NCBI GenBank assembly: GCA_049975385.1
Contig: JBNGDO010000006.1
Span: 935 to 58,782, forward strand
Source of the DNA: Anaerolineae bacterium
GTDB lineage: Bacteria; Chloroflexota; Anaerolineae; B4-G1; SLSP01
Direction: 5' to 3'
DNA length: 57,848 nt
Below, in pieces: positions 1 to 9,091 of this stretch. How positions within the stretch are numbered: the first letter of the stretch is position 1; the number at the start of each line of letters is the position of its first letter. A program made the translations under genes and the position numbers. The notes under the pieces are model-generated. The model was not told the origin of the DNA, ran no database searches, and worked only from the letters and a program-made list of their open reading frames with translations.

Positions 1-459
1 CAGACAGGACCGTACTTGCTCAGCCTCGGAAAGCATCTCATTCTCCCCGTAATCGCGTGGTTGATCAGCGGATTTTTTGGGGGGGTCTACGGCTGGCGCA
101 CCTTCTTCCTGATCTTCTCGATGGAGGATTACGTGGAGCTGGCGCGGGCCAAGGGGCTGTCGAGCCGGCAGATCGAGCGGCGCTACATTCTTCAGCCCAC
201 GCTACCGAATATCATCACCAATTTTGCACTGATGTTGATCTGGTTGTGGCAGGGGGCGACGATTCTGGAGACGATGTTCAACTGGCCTGGTTTGGGGCGG
301 TTGATCTACCAGGCTGTTGGCCTCTTTGATTCGCCGGTGATCGTCGGCACCTCGGTTATTTATGCTTACTTGCTGGCGCTCACCGTCTTCTTACTGGACT
401 TCATTTATGCCCTCGTTGATCCCCGGGTGCGCGTGGGCAGTGGAGGAGCAGGCAAATGA
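1..459 (+). CDS. Peptide/oligopeptide ABC transporter permease (OppB/DppB-like), 5'-truncated by window edge
   Basis: Frame open from base 1; EAA-like motif EDYVELARAKGLS; ETMFNWPGLG; C-terminal IYALVDPRVR. Confidence 0.9.
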   Translation, partial: QTGPYLLSLGKHLILPVIAWLISGFFGGVYGWRTFFLIFSMEDYVELARAKGLSSRQIERRYILQPTLPNIITNFALMLIWLWQGATILETMFNWPGLGRLIYQAVGLFDSPVIVGTSVIYAYLLALTVFLLDFIYALVDPRVRVGSGGAGK

Positions 460-1802
460 AATGGTTGAGACGGACGTTTAATGATATCAAGCAGTATCCC
501 TCGGCGGTCGGGGGGGTGATCATCATCGCGTTGTTGGTTGCGCTGGCAATCTACACGGTGATTGCCATTCCCTATAGCGAGGCCATCAGGCTCTGGCGAG
601 GTGGTGAGGACGTGTGGGGAGATAACCCACGCCTCGCCCCGCCGGCGTGGACCAATCTGTTCCGCAGCAAGAAACTGCCGGAGACGATCGTCATCACACC
701 TGACGGTGAAAATTTCACGAAGAGCACGTCGGTCATCGCCGAGGACATGTACGACGTGACCCTGGAATATACTTTTGATTATCCCTACGACGAGTTTCCC
801 CAATCGATAACGATCTTCTTCACCACGCAGTACGAAGAGCGCGCGCCTCACCTCTCCATCTCTTGGATCACGCCTGACGAACGGAAGATCCGGGTCGGTG
901 ATATAACCGCGGACTACAAGCTAACCTACCGCCTTGATCAGGACAAGCGTCTGATCCGCCGGCTGGATGATGTGGAGCCCCGTATCGGTCTCTTTGCCGA
1001 TCCTGAGCAAGCGGGCGCCCCTGTGGCCGTCAAGGGGACCTACACGCTGTTGGTTCAGGCGACCACGTTTGAGAAGGATTCGGATGTGGACGCCAAGGTC
1101 GTGCTCTACGGCAGGGTCCATGGCATGACGGGCACCGATCACCAGCGCCGTGATATTACGGTCGCATTGCTCTGGGGAACGCCCATTGCCCTGGCTTTCG
1201 GGTTGCTCGCCGCGGTTGGTACCACGGTCACCACCATATTCATCGCTGCAATTGGGGTCTGGTTTGGTGGGGTTGTGGACGAATTGATCCAGCGCATCAC
1301 CGAGATCAACATGCTCTTGCCCCTCTTACCCATCCTCATCATGGTGGGGACGTTCATGTCGCGCAGCCTGTGGGTCATTCTGGGGTGGATCATTCTCTTG
1401 AGCATCTTCGGCGGCTCGATCAAGAGCTACCGGGCGATCTTCCTGCAGGTCAAGGAGTCACCCTACATCGAGGCGGCGCGGGCTTACGGTGCCAGTAACT
1501 GGCGGCTGATTACCTTGTACCTTATCCCGCGCATTATCCCGGTCCTGATTCCCAGGTTGGTGAGTTCAATTCCCTCATTCGTCTTCCTTGAGGCGTCGCT
1601 GGCTTTGTTGGGTCTGGGTGATCCTGTTCTCCCGACCTGGGGGAAGCTAATCGACGATGCCCGCGCCAATGGCGCACTGTATAATGGTCTGTATTATTGG
1701 ATTCTGGAGCCGGGGGCGTTGCTGATGTTCGCCGGTCTTGCTTTTGCCATGGTGGGTTTTGCGCTGGATCGTATCTTCAACCCCCGCCTGAGGGAGGTAT
1801 AA
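456..1802 (+). CDS. Peptide ABC transporter permease (OppC/DppC-like) with large extracytoplasmic insertion
   Basis: ATGA overlap with upstream gene; GTDHQRRD, YIEAARAYGAS, EASLALLGLG, PTWG, NPRLR motifs. Confidence 0.9.
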   Translation: MKWLRRTFNDIKQYPSAVGGVIIIALLVALAIYTVIAIPYSEAIRLWRGGEDVWGDNPRLAPPAWTNLFRSKKLPETIVITPDGENFTKSTSVIAEDMYDVTLEYTFDYPYDEFPQSITIFFTTQYEERAPHLSISWITPDERKIRVGDITADYKLTYRLDQDKRLIRRLDDVEPRIGLFADPEQAGAPVAVKGTYTLLVQATTFEKDSDVDAKVVLYGRVHGMTGTDHQRRDITVALLWGTPIALAFGLLAAVGTTVTTIFIAAIGVWFGGVVDELIQRITEINMLLPLLPILIMVGTFMSRSLWVILGWIILLSIFGGSIKSYRAIFLQVKESPYIEAARAYGASNWRLITLYLIPRIIPVLIPRLVSSIPSFVFLEASLALLGLGDPVLPTWGKLIDDARANGALYNGLYYWILEPGALLMFAGLAFAMVGFALDRIFNPRLREV

Positions 1803-1804
1803 CC

Positions 1805-2764
1805 GTGGCTGACAAAGAAATCTTACTCGATGTCAAGGATCTTGTTTTGCATTTCAGCACGTCCAAAGGCGTGGTACGGGCCGTGGACAGTGTCAATTTC
1901 CAACTGAACGACGATGAAGCGGTGGTCGTTGTGGGTGAATCGGGGTGCGGCAAGACCTCGCTGGCTAAAGCGATTCTGCGTTTGTTGCCCCGTAACGTGT
2001 ATACCTACACCGGTAAGGTCTATCTCAAGGGCGAGGACGTGATGCAGTTGAGCGACGAGGAGTATCGCCGGCAGGTGCGCTGGCGCAAGATGTCGATGGT
2101 GCCGCAGGCGGCCATGAACGCGCTCAATCCGGTTCTCAAGGTCGGCGATCAGGTAGCGGAGCCTTCTATCATCCACAGCGGGATGCGCAAAGAGGAAGCT
2201 TTGGAGCAGGCCAGCAAGATGTTCCAGCATGTGGGTGTCCCCCAAGACTTCCTGAATCGCTATGCCTTTGAATTGAGTGGGGGGATGCGCCAGCGCGTCG
2301 CGATCGCGATGGCCCTGGTGACCTGGCCGGATCTCATCGTGCTCGACGAGCCGACCTCGGCGTTAGACGTCTTGACGCAGGCGAACATCTTCAACGTCCT
2401 GAAGGAGCTAAAGGGTGAACTGGGGCTTAGCTTTATCCTCATCACCCACGATATCGCCACCTCCAGCGAGTTAGCTAACAGCGTGGCCGTGATGTACGCG
2501 GGCCAAATCGTGGAGCGGAGCGACGCGCACCGGTTCTTCGATAAGCCACTGCACCCTTATTCAGAGAAGTTGATGAATAGTGTGCCGCGTCTGCGTGGCG
2601 ATCAGGAGCCGGATTTCATCACCGGTCAACCCCCAAGTTTGCTTTCGCCGCCCACCGGGTGTCGCTTTGCCGAGCGCTGTACCAAGCGCTTCGCCCGCTG
2701 TGACGAAGATCCCCCGGTCATCGAACAGGATGGGCGTTCGGTTAAGTGTTGGTTGTACGCGTGA
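1805..2764 (+). CDS. Peptide ABC transporter ATP-binding protein (OppD/DppD-like)
   Basis: GTG start after GGAGGT; Walker [22 protein letters not shown]-terminal GCRFAERC oligo_HPY region. Confidence 0.92.
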   Translation: MADKEILLDVKDLVLHFSTSKGVVRAVDSVNFQLNDDEAVVVVGESGCGKTSLAKAILRLLPRNVYTYTGKVYLKGEDVMQLSDEEYRRQVRWRKMSMVPQAAMNALNPVLKVGDQVAEPSIIHSGMRKEEALEQASKMFQHVGVPQDFLNRYAFELSGGMRQRVAIAMALVTWPDLIVLDEPTSALDVLTQANIFNVLKELKGELGLSFILITHDIATSSELANSVAVMYAGQIVERSDAHRFFDKPLHPYSEKLMNSVPRLRGDQEPDFITGQPPSLLSPPTGCRFAERCTKRFARCDEDPPVIEQDGRSVKCWLYA

Positions 2765-2783
2765 GCGAGAGGAGCGCTGTTCT

Positions 2784-3845
2784 ATGTCCGTTCAAATGAA
2801 TGTAAAGGGTCAGGATAAGGCATTGGCACAGGATGAAGTGTTGGCAATGAAAAGCGATACTGTGACATCGAATGATGTTTTGTTATCGGTCAAGGACCTG
2901 CGGGTCTGGTTTGAGTTGCGGCGTTTTGGCTTCGGGCACGCCGGGTACGTGCGGGCAGTTGATGGTGTCTCCTTCGATCTGAATCTCGGAGGAACCATCG
3001 CTATCGTTGGCGAGAGCGGCTGTGGCAAGTCGACTTTGATGAAGACGATTTTGGCGCTTCATCGTCCCACGAAGGGAGATATCCTTTTCGAGGGACAAAA
3101 CTTGAATGCACTCAGGGGTAACGAGATGCAGGAATACCGCGCCCAGGTCGGTTATGTGCAACAGGACCCTTATGAGGCGCTGGCGCCTTTTATGAGCATC
3201 CAGCGGATTCTTGAAGAGCCACAAATTATCAACGGGATCAAGGATAAAGAGGAGCGTGATTTCCGTTTGCGCCGCGCCATGGAAGAAGTCAAAATGAGTC
3301 CCGTGGATGATTTCTTGCCCAAATTCCCGCATATGCTGAGTGGCGGGCAGCAGCAGCGGGTGGTCATCGCGCGGGCGATGTTGTTGAATCCGAAGCTCAT
3401 CGTGGCCGATGAACCGGTTTCGATGCTGGACGCTTCGGTGCGCGTGGAGATTCTCAAGCTGTTGCGCAATTTGCAGGAAGCCCACAATCTGGCGGTCATC
3501 TACATCACGCACGACCTTTCGACCGTGCGTTATTTCTCGGAGCGCGTCTTTGTAATGTATGCCGGGAAGGTTGTCGAGAACTCCTTGATCAACGATCTGA
3601 TTCGCAATCCATACCATCCCTATACGGATGCGCTACTGGCGGCTACCTCCGATCCAGATGCCGATAATGCGACGCGTTTCCGGGATGTGCCCCCAGGCGA
3701 GCCGCCAAGCTTGGTTAATCCGCCCAATGGTTGTCGTTTCCATCCGCGTTGTACGCACAAGATCGAGGGCCTGTGCGAAGTAGAGGAGCCTCCATACTTC
3801 GAACCGGAGACTCAACACTTAGTCGCTTGTTGGTTGTACAGGTGA
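2784..3845 (+). CDS. Peptide ABC transporter ATP-binding protein (OppF/DppF-like)
   Basis: ATG after GAGGAG; [38 protein letters not shown]. Confidence 0.92.
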   Translation: MSVQMNVKGQDKALAQDEVLAMKSDTVTSNDVLLSVKDLRVWFELRRFGFGHAGYVRAVDGVSFDLNLGGTIAIVGESGCGKSTLMKTILALHRPTKGDILFEGQNLNALRGNEMQEYRAQVGYVQQDPYEALAPFMSIQRILEEPQIINGIKDKEERDFRLRRAMEEVKMSPVDDFLPKFPHMLSGGQQQRVVIARAMLLNPKLIVADEPVSMLDASVRVEILKLLRNLQEAHNLAVIYITHDLSTVRYFSERVFVMYAGKVVENSLINDLIRNPYHPYTDALLAATSDPDADNATRFRDVPPGEPPSLVNPPNGCRFHPRCTHKIEGLCEVEEPPYFEPETQHLVACWLYR

Positions 3846-3850
3846 GCACT

Positions 3851-4048
3851 ATGCTGGCACATCCCTGGAAATTGCTAGTGGTAGCTTTCGCCCTCTTGCT
3901 GCTTGGCGTGCTGCTCCCACTACTCATCGTGTTAAGGCTTCTCCCTTCCACGTTCTTCTTGAACTTTCTTGCCTACTTCGCATCCTTTTCCGGTATGATT
4001 CTGGGGTTGATTGGCTCTGTCTTGTATACCCGTATGCGCAAAAAATAA
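3851..4048 (+). CDS. Small two-TM membrane protein (65 aa), unknown function
   Basis: Starts 5 nt after the ATPase stop; two hydrophobic helices, basic C-terminus. Confidence 0.65.
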   Translation: MLAHPWKLLVVAFALLLLGVLLPLLIVLRLLPSTFFLNFLAYFASFSGMILGLIGSVLYTRMRKK

Positions 4049-4054
4049 GCCTTA

Positions 4055-4143
4055 GGTAGTTCCAAGATTTAAATCAGCCCAAACCGAGAGTAAGCACCCT
4101 AGGAAGCGATTGCTTTTGGGATGTTTATTTCCTTGGAACTGGC
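4055..4143. mobile_element. 89-bp MITE-like element, copy 1
   Basis: Imperfect terminal inverted repeats GGTAGTTCCAAG / CTTGGAACTGGC flanked by TTA on both sides; same-length relative at 35789-35877. Confidence 0.65.
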
Positions 4144-4162
4144 TTAGCGTGCGAGTGATTGA

Positions 4163-4195
4163 CAGCCCCGCAGCCGTGTCATGGCTGCGGGGCTG
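4163..4195. terminator. GC-rich stem-loop downstream of first ABC operon
   Basis: CAGCCCCGCAGCCGT / ATGGCTGCGGGGCTG 15-bp stem; no clear U tract. Confidence 0.45.
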
Positions 4196-4330
4196 CGATC
4201 TTCCTGGCGTCTGCATACACGTTCGCGTACAAGCAAATGCGCGACAGCGTCGCGTTCAGGTTACATTCCTCACGGCTCGCCGCGATAACGGGTCCAGGGC
4301 TTGCCCTTGGGGGTTCATATCTATGAATTC

Positions 4331-4358
4331 TTGACTTTTCGATTTTTGTCCTTAGAAT
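4331..4358 (+). promoter_or_regulatory. Sigma70-type promoter for the substrate-binding protein gene
   Basis: TTGACT-16 bp-TAGAAT about 40 nt upstream of ATG 4401. Confidence 0.55.
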
Positions 4359-4400
4359 GAAATTTGTTCGCAAACGTAACCCCCACGAAGGAAGAGAGAG

Positions 4401-6344
4401 ATGTCACGTAAGAAGTTGATGGCTATGATTGGGACGATTGTGCTGTCGAGCATGATATTGTCCGCCTGTATGATAACTCCGACCCCTGAGATAATCATCG
4501 AGACTGTCGTGGTTGAGAAAACTGTTGAGACGATCGTTGAGAAGGTCGTCGAGAAAGTTGTTGAGAAGACCGAGGAACCGGCTGTCGGCGACGGTCTCAA
4601 AACGCTGGTGGTCTGCCAGAGCCAGGAACCTGACACGCTGTATTGGTATGGTGGCAATATGCTCGCAGCGCGCCACATTCAGCACGCGGTGTACGATGGC
4701 CCCATCGATAGCCGTACCTATGGCTACCAGGCCGTCATCCTCGAAAAACTGCCGAGCACCGAGGACGGCGACGCGATCATCAACGCCGTCACCGTCCAGG
4801 CCGGCGACATCGTTGTGAACGATGCCGGCGATCCCGTTGAATTGATCGAAGGTATGGTGGTGCGTCCGTACGGCTGTCGCTCGACGGAGTGCGCCGTAGC
4901 GTTCGAAGGCCCGCCGATGGAAATGGACCAGATGTTTGTCACCTTCAAACTGCTTGATGGCCTCAAGTGGTCCGACGGTGAGGATTTGACGGTGGATGAC
5001 TCCGTCTATACCTTTGAGCTGGCTGCCGACCCTTCCACGCCCGTGAGCAAGTTCACGATTGACCGCACGGCTTCCTACGAGGCGCTGGATGATAGGACTG
5101 CGATGTGGATTGGGCTGCCCGGCTACGTTGATAAAACTTATTTCACGAATTTTTGGATCCCCATGCCCCGGCATCTCTGGCAGGAAGAACTGGGCTACGG
5201 CCCTGCCGATCTTCTGGAAGCGGAGGAATCTACTCGCATGCCTATGGGGTGGGGTGCGTTTGTCATCAAGGAATGGGTGCCCGGTGATCACATCACCGTC
5301 GAGAAGAATCCCCTTTATCACCGCGCTTCCGAGGGCTTGCCCTATGTGGATACTATTATCTTTCGTTTCGTCTCCGATCCAAACTCTGCTGTGGCGCAGT
5401 TGATCTCCGGTGAGTGTGACATCGTCACCCAGGATGCGATGTCGGCAGATCTGACGCCATTGTTGCTCAAGCTCGAGCAGGAAAGCGTGGTCGAACTCGC
5501 CAGCGTCGCCAGCACCACGTGGGAGCACGTGGACTTCGGTATCAGCCCCGCGCCCGAGTACGAACGCCCGGATTTCTTCGGAGATGTGCGCATGCGTCAG
5601 GCGTTTGCCTATTGCCTCGATCGCCAGATCGTGGCGGACACCGTGTTGTACGGTCTCTCCACCGTCATCGATTCTTATCTTCCACCTGATCACCCCTATC
5701 ACGCCGACGGTTTGCCCGAGTATCCCTACGATCCTGAGCAGGGGCAAGCCCTGCTTGAGGACATGGGGTGGGTGGATGCTGATAGTGACGGGGTGCGCGA
5801 AGCCAAGGATGTTGAGGGTGTTCTTGATGGAACGCCACTCGAGTTCACATGGTTGAGTGTGACCGATGCGTCGCGTATTCAGTCCATGCAAATCTGGCAG
5901 CAGAATCTGGCTGACTGCGGGTTCATCGTCAATCTGGAAAATATGCCGGTGGGGCAGTATTTTGCCAATGGGCCGGATGGCCCTTTGTTTGGTCGGCGCT
6001 TCGACGTCACCTCTTTTACGAGCAGCGTCGAGCCTTCCTGCAGTCGCTATGTGAGCAGTGCGATTCCCACCGCTAACAATGGCTGGAGTGGGGAGAACGT
6101 CTCTGGTTTCGCGGATCCCGATTTCGACGCGGCCTGCAACCGTGCGCTTACCGCTCTTCCCGGGACCGTCGACTACTTTGAGGGGCATCAAGACGCTCAA
6201 CGCATTTTCTCCGAACAACTGCCGGTGCTGCCGCTTTTCCTGCACTACAAACTCGCGCTGCTGCGCCTGGAGGTGGATGGTTTCATCTTGGATGCAACTG
6301 AAGATTCTGCGATGTGGAATATCGAGGCGTTTGATACGCAATAG
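4401..6344 (+). CDS. Peptide ABC transporter substrate-binding lipoprotein (family 5, OppA/DppA-like)
   Basis: Lipobox ILSAC; low-complexity ETVVVEKTVE linker; KWSDGEDLTVDD; DVRMRQAFAYCLDR; YPYDPEQGQALL. Confidence 0.92.
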   Translation: MSRKKLMAMIGTIVLSSMILSACMITPTPEIIIETVVVEKTVETIVEKVVEKVVEKTEEPAVGDGLKTLVVCQSQEPDTLYWYGGNMLAARHIQHAVYDGPIDSRTYGYQAVILEKLPSTEDGDAIINAVTVQAGDIVVNDAGDPVELIEGMVVRPYGCRSTECAVAFEGPPMEMDQMFVTFKLLDGLKWSDGEDLTVDDSVYTFELAADPSTPVSKFTIDRTASYEALDDRTAMWIGLPGYVDKTYFTNFWIPMPRHLWQEELGYGPADLLEAEESTRMPMGWGAFVIKEWVPGDHITVEKNPLYHRASEGLPYVDTIIFRFVSDPNSAVAQLISGECDIVTQDAMSADLTPLLLKLEQESVVELASVASTTWEHVDFGISPAPEYERPDFFGDVRMRQAFAYCLDRQIVADTVLYGLSTVIDSYLPPDHPYHADGLPEYPYDPEQGQALLEDMGWVDADSDGVREAKDVEGVLDGTPLEFTWLSVTDASRIQSMQIWQQNLADCGFIVNLENMPVGQYFANGPDGPLFGRRFDVTSFTSSVEPSCSRYVSSAIPTANNGWSGENVSGFADPDFDAACNRALTALPGTVDYFEGHQDAQRIFSEQLPVLPLFLHYKLALLRLEVDGFILDATEDSAMWNIEAFDTQ

Positions 6345-6363
6345 TCGTAGTGTTTGTTTTGTG

Positions 6364-6394
6364 GTGGCAGTGCCTCAACGCTGCCACTTTTCTT
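6364..6394 (+). terminator. Stem-loop after substrate-binding protein gene (partial terminator or mRNA stabiliser)
   Basis: GTGGCAGTG / CGCTGCCAC followed by TTTTCTT. Confidence 0.55.
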
Positions 6395-6408
6395 AAGGGG
6401 AGTAGGCC

Positions 6409-7425
6409 GTGGAAAACGTTACGCAAGTCGATAAGATTCTTGAGGTGCATAACCTCAAGACGTACTTTTATACCGATGATGGTGTGGTGAAGGCCGTCGA
6501 TGGGGTAGATTTTGACGTCAGGCGGGGGGAAATCGTGGCTTTGGTGGGGGAATCCGGCTGCGGGAAGAGCGTGACCTCATTCTCGATCATGCAGTTGGTG
6601 GGAGCGCCAGGGAAAGTTATCGATGGGGAAGTGTTATTCAACGATCAAGACCTATTGAAACTCCCTGAGGCCGAAATGCGTTTGATGCGTGGCGACCGGC
6701 TGTCGATGATTTTCCAGCAACCCACGTCATGTCTGAACCCGGTATTTCGTGTTGGCGAGCAGATTGCGGAGGTTTTGCAGATTCACCGGGGTATGGACAA
6801 GAAAGAGGGATGGGAGAAAGCCATACACTTGCTGCGCATGGTCGGTATCCCGGAACCGGGGAAGCGCGTCCATTCGTTTCCACACGAACTCTCCGGTGGT
6901 ATGGCACAGCGCGTGATGATCGCCATGGCGTTGGCCTGCGAACCGGAACTGCTGATCGCCGATGAGCCGACGACGGCGCTTGATGTGACGATCCAGGCGC
7001 AAATATTGGACCTGATGCGTGGTCTGCAACGTGAGTTTGGCGCATCGATCATCCTTATCACGCACGATATGGGCGTGGTGGCGGAGATGGCGGCACGGGT
7101 ATCGGTTATGTATGCGGGGCGCGTGGTCGAACAGGCCGCCGTCGATAGACTTTTCGACAACCCGCTGCATCCCTATACGCATGGTTTGTTAGCCTCCATT
7201 CCGGTGATGGGGGTCGTGAAGAACCGGCTGGATACCATCCCCGGAGTGGTGCCCAATCTGATTGATTTGCCACCAGGGTGTAAGTTTGCCCCGCGCTGCC
7301 TGGCGCGCGTTGAACACAATTTGCAGATTTGTACTGAGCGCGAACCCGATTTAATCGAATATGAGCCTGATCACCACGTGCGTTGCTGGCTTTACCAGGA
7401 GCAGAAGGAGAAGCGCAATGACTGA
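6409..7425 (+). CDS. Peptide ABC transporter ATP-binding protein (DppD/OppD-like)
   Basis: [47 protein letters not shown]. Confidence 0.93.
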   Translation: MENVTQVDKILEVHNLKTYFYTDDGVVKAVDGVDFDVRRGEIVALVGESGCGKSVTSFSIMQLVGAPGKVIDGEVLFNDQDLLKLPEAEMRLMRGDRLSMIFQQPTSCLNPVFRVGEQIAEVLQIHRGMDKKEGWEKAIHLLRMVGIPEPGKRVHSFPHELSGGMAQRVMIAMALACEPELLIADEPTTALDVTIQAQILDLMRGLQREFGASIILITHDMGVVAEMAARVSVMYAGRVVEQAAVDRLFDNPLHPYTHGLLASIPVMGVVKNRLDTIPGVVPNLIDLPPGCKFAPRCLARVEHNLQICTEREPDLIEYEPDHHVRCWLYQEQKEKRND

Positions 7426-8443
7426 GTATCAAACGCAACCTATGCACGACACCGGGAAAGATGACCTGGTTGTTGTGCGGGACCTGGTAAAGCATTTCCC
7501 CATTCGTGGGGGACTTTTCCAGCGCGTTCAGGCACACGTAAAAGCCGTCGATGGCGTCAGTTTCACGATCAAGCGCGGAGAAACATTGGGGCTTGTGGGG
7601 GAATCTGGTTGCGGAAAAACAACGGTCGGCCGCACGCTGCTGCGTTTGATCCCGCCAACTTCTGGTCAGGTCTTATTCGAGGGCCGCGACGTTTTCACCA
7701 TGCGTGATAACGAATTGAAAGATCTCCGTAAGGATATGCAAATTGTCTTCCAGGATCCATACTCTTCGCTGGATCCGCGTATGCCGGTGGGTGAGAGCAT
7801 TATGGAGGGAATGCTCATCCATCACGTTGGGTCGCCCGAGGAACGTTGGGAGAAGGTCATTCACCTGCTGCGTATGGTCAACATGGAAGACTTTCATGCC
7901 AAGCGTTACCCGCACGAGTTCTCTGGCGGGCAACGCCAGCGGATCGGCATCGCGCGCGCATTGGCGTTGGATCCCAAATTCATCGTCGCCGACGAGCCGG
8001 TATCGGCGCTGGATGTGTCGGTGCAGGCACAGGTGTTGAACATCCTCATGGACTTGCAAGAACAATTGGAGTTGACCTATCTCTTTGTCGCGCATAACCT
8101 GAGTGTCGTGGAACACATCAGCACACGGGTGGCAGTGATGTATCTTGGCAAGATGGCCGAATTGGCCGACCGTCACGAAATCTTCGCGCACCCTCTGCAT
8201 CCATACACACAGGCGCTGATGTCGGCTATTCCTATTGCTAATCCTCGCAAGGCCGGGTCGCGTGACCGCATCATCCTGGAGGGTGATGTGCCCAGTCCGA
8301 TCAATCCGCCCCAAGGTTGTCACTTTCATCCGCGCTGTTCCTATGCGATCAACGGCCTGTGCGATCAGGAAGAACCAACCTTCAAGGATTACGGTTCGGG
8401 GCACCATGTCGCTTGTTGGCTGGTAGACAAAGAAGCCAGTTAA
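7418..8443 (+). CDS. Peptide ABC transporter ATP-binding protein (DppF/OppF-like)
   Basis: ATG after AAGGAG, overlaps upstream stop; [34 protein letters not shown]. Confidence 0.93.
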   Translation: MTEYQTQPMHDTGKDDLVVVRDLVKHFPIRGGLFQRVQAHVKAVDGVSFTIKRGETLGLVGESGCGKTTVGRTLLRLIPPTSGQVLFEGRDVFTMRDNELKDLRKDMQIVFQDPYSSLDPRMPVGESIMEGMLIHHVGSPEERWEKVIHLLRMVNMEDFHAKRYPHEFSGGQRQRIGIARALALDPKFIVADEPVSALDVSVQAQVLNILMDLQEQLELTYLFVAHNLSVVEHISTRVAVMYLGKMAELADRHEIFAHPLHPYTQALMSAIPIANPRKAGSRDRIILEGDVPSPINPPQGCHFHPRCSYAINGLCDQEEPTFKDYGSGHHVACWLVDKEAS

Positions 8444-8458
8444 ACTCTTGCGTGGGAT

Positions 8459-8488
8459 AAAACGGAGGGATATGCCCTCCGTTTTTTT
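8459..8488 (+). terminator. Rho-independent terminator
   Basis: AAAACGGAGGG / CCCTCCGTTTT stem with T7 tract. Confidence 0.8.
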
Positions 8489-8561
8489 GTCGCTGCGTCC
8501 TCAGCGTGCTTTCCAAATTAGCTAAGGCGGGGTATAATTTATTGTAGGAGGGAGCAGAACG

Positions 8562-9083
8562 ATGCGCAAACAACCTGGCTTTTTGGGGATATTGATCGTG
8601 TTGGTCGTTGTGGCCGGACTGTTAGTGTGGTGGATTGGCTCCTTGACCAACGGTGACCAACTGTGGTTTTTGCGGGTCTTCAACGCACAAGCTGATTGGA
8701 TTGCCATTTATTGGGATGGCGGGACGTACATGTTATTCCCTGAGGACGCAGTTTATGAAGAGGTTATGTCTGCCTTTGCCGACGCCGTCGCGCATTGGGT
8801 GGGCTATGAGGAAGAAGTAGGCCTTTCTAACGATAGGTTGGAGCACTATCGTGAGGAGGGTCGTCTTCTGGAACTGCATTACAATACCTCGGTCCAGGTG
8901 CACACCCGGCATTCATATCCTAGGGCGCGGAGCTTTTTTGTCCCACTTGCTGGGACAGATGCGGATTTTTGTAGGATATTTGCTGGTTTAGGCGATACAC
9001 CACGGTCCGGTGTGTTGAATGCCAGCGATGCGCGATTCGCGCGTTTGTTGGCAACGGTCGAACAGGCCGTCCCCGGTTACTAA
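8562..9083 (+). CDS. Hypothetical protein with N-terminal membrane anchor
   Basis: SD AGGAGG; N-terminal hydrophobic helix; directly upstream of the kinase gene. Confidence 0.75.
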   Translation: MRKQPGFLGILIVLVVVAGLLVWWIGSLTNGDQLWFLRVFNAQADWIAIYWDGGTYMLFPEDAVYEEVMSAFADAVAHWVGYEEEVGLSNDRLEHYREEGRLLELHYNTSVQVHTRHSYPRARSFFVPLAGTDADFCRIFAGLGDTPRSGVLNASDARFARLLATVEQAVPGY

Positions 9084-9091
9084 GAGGTACA

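Noticed and set aside
4404-6341. 645-aa ORF antisense to the substrate-binding protein
   Set aside because: Mirror-frame shadow of a well-supported gene in GC-rich DNA; no motifs or SD.
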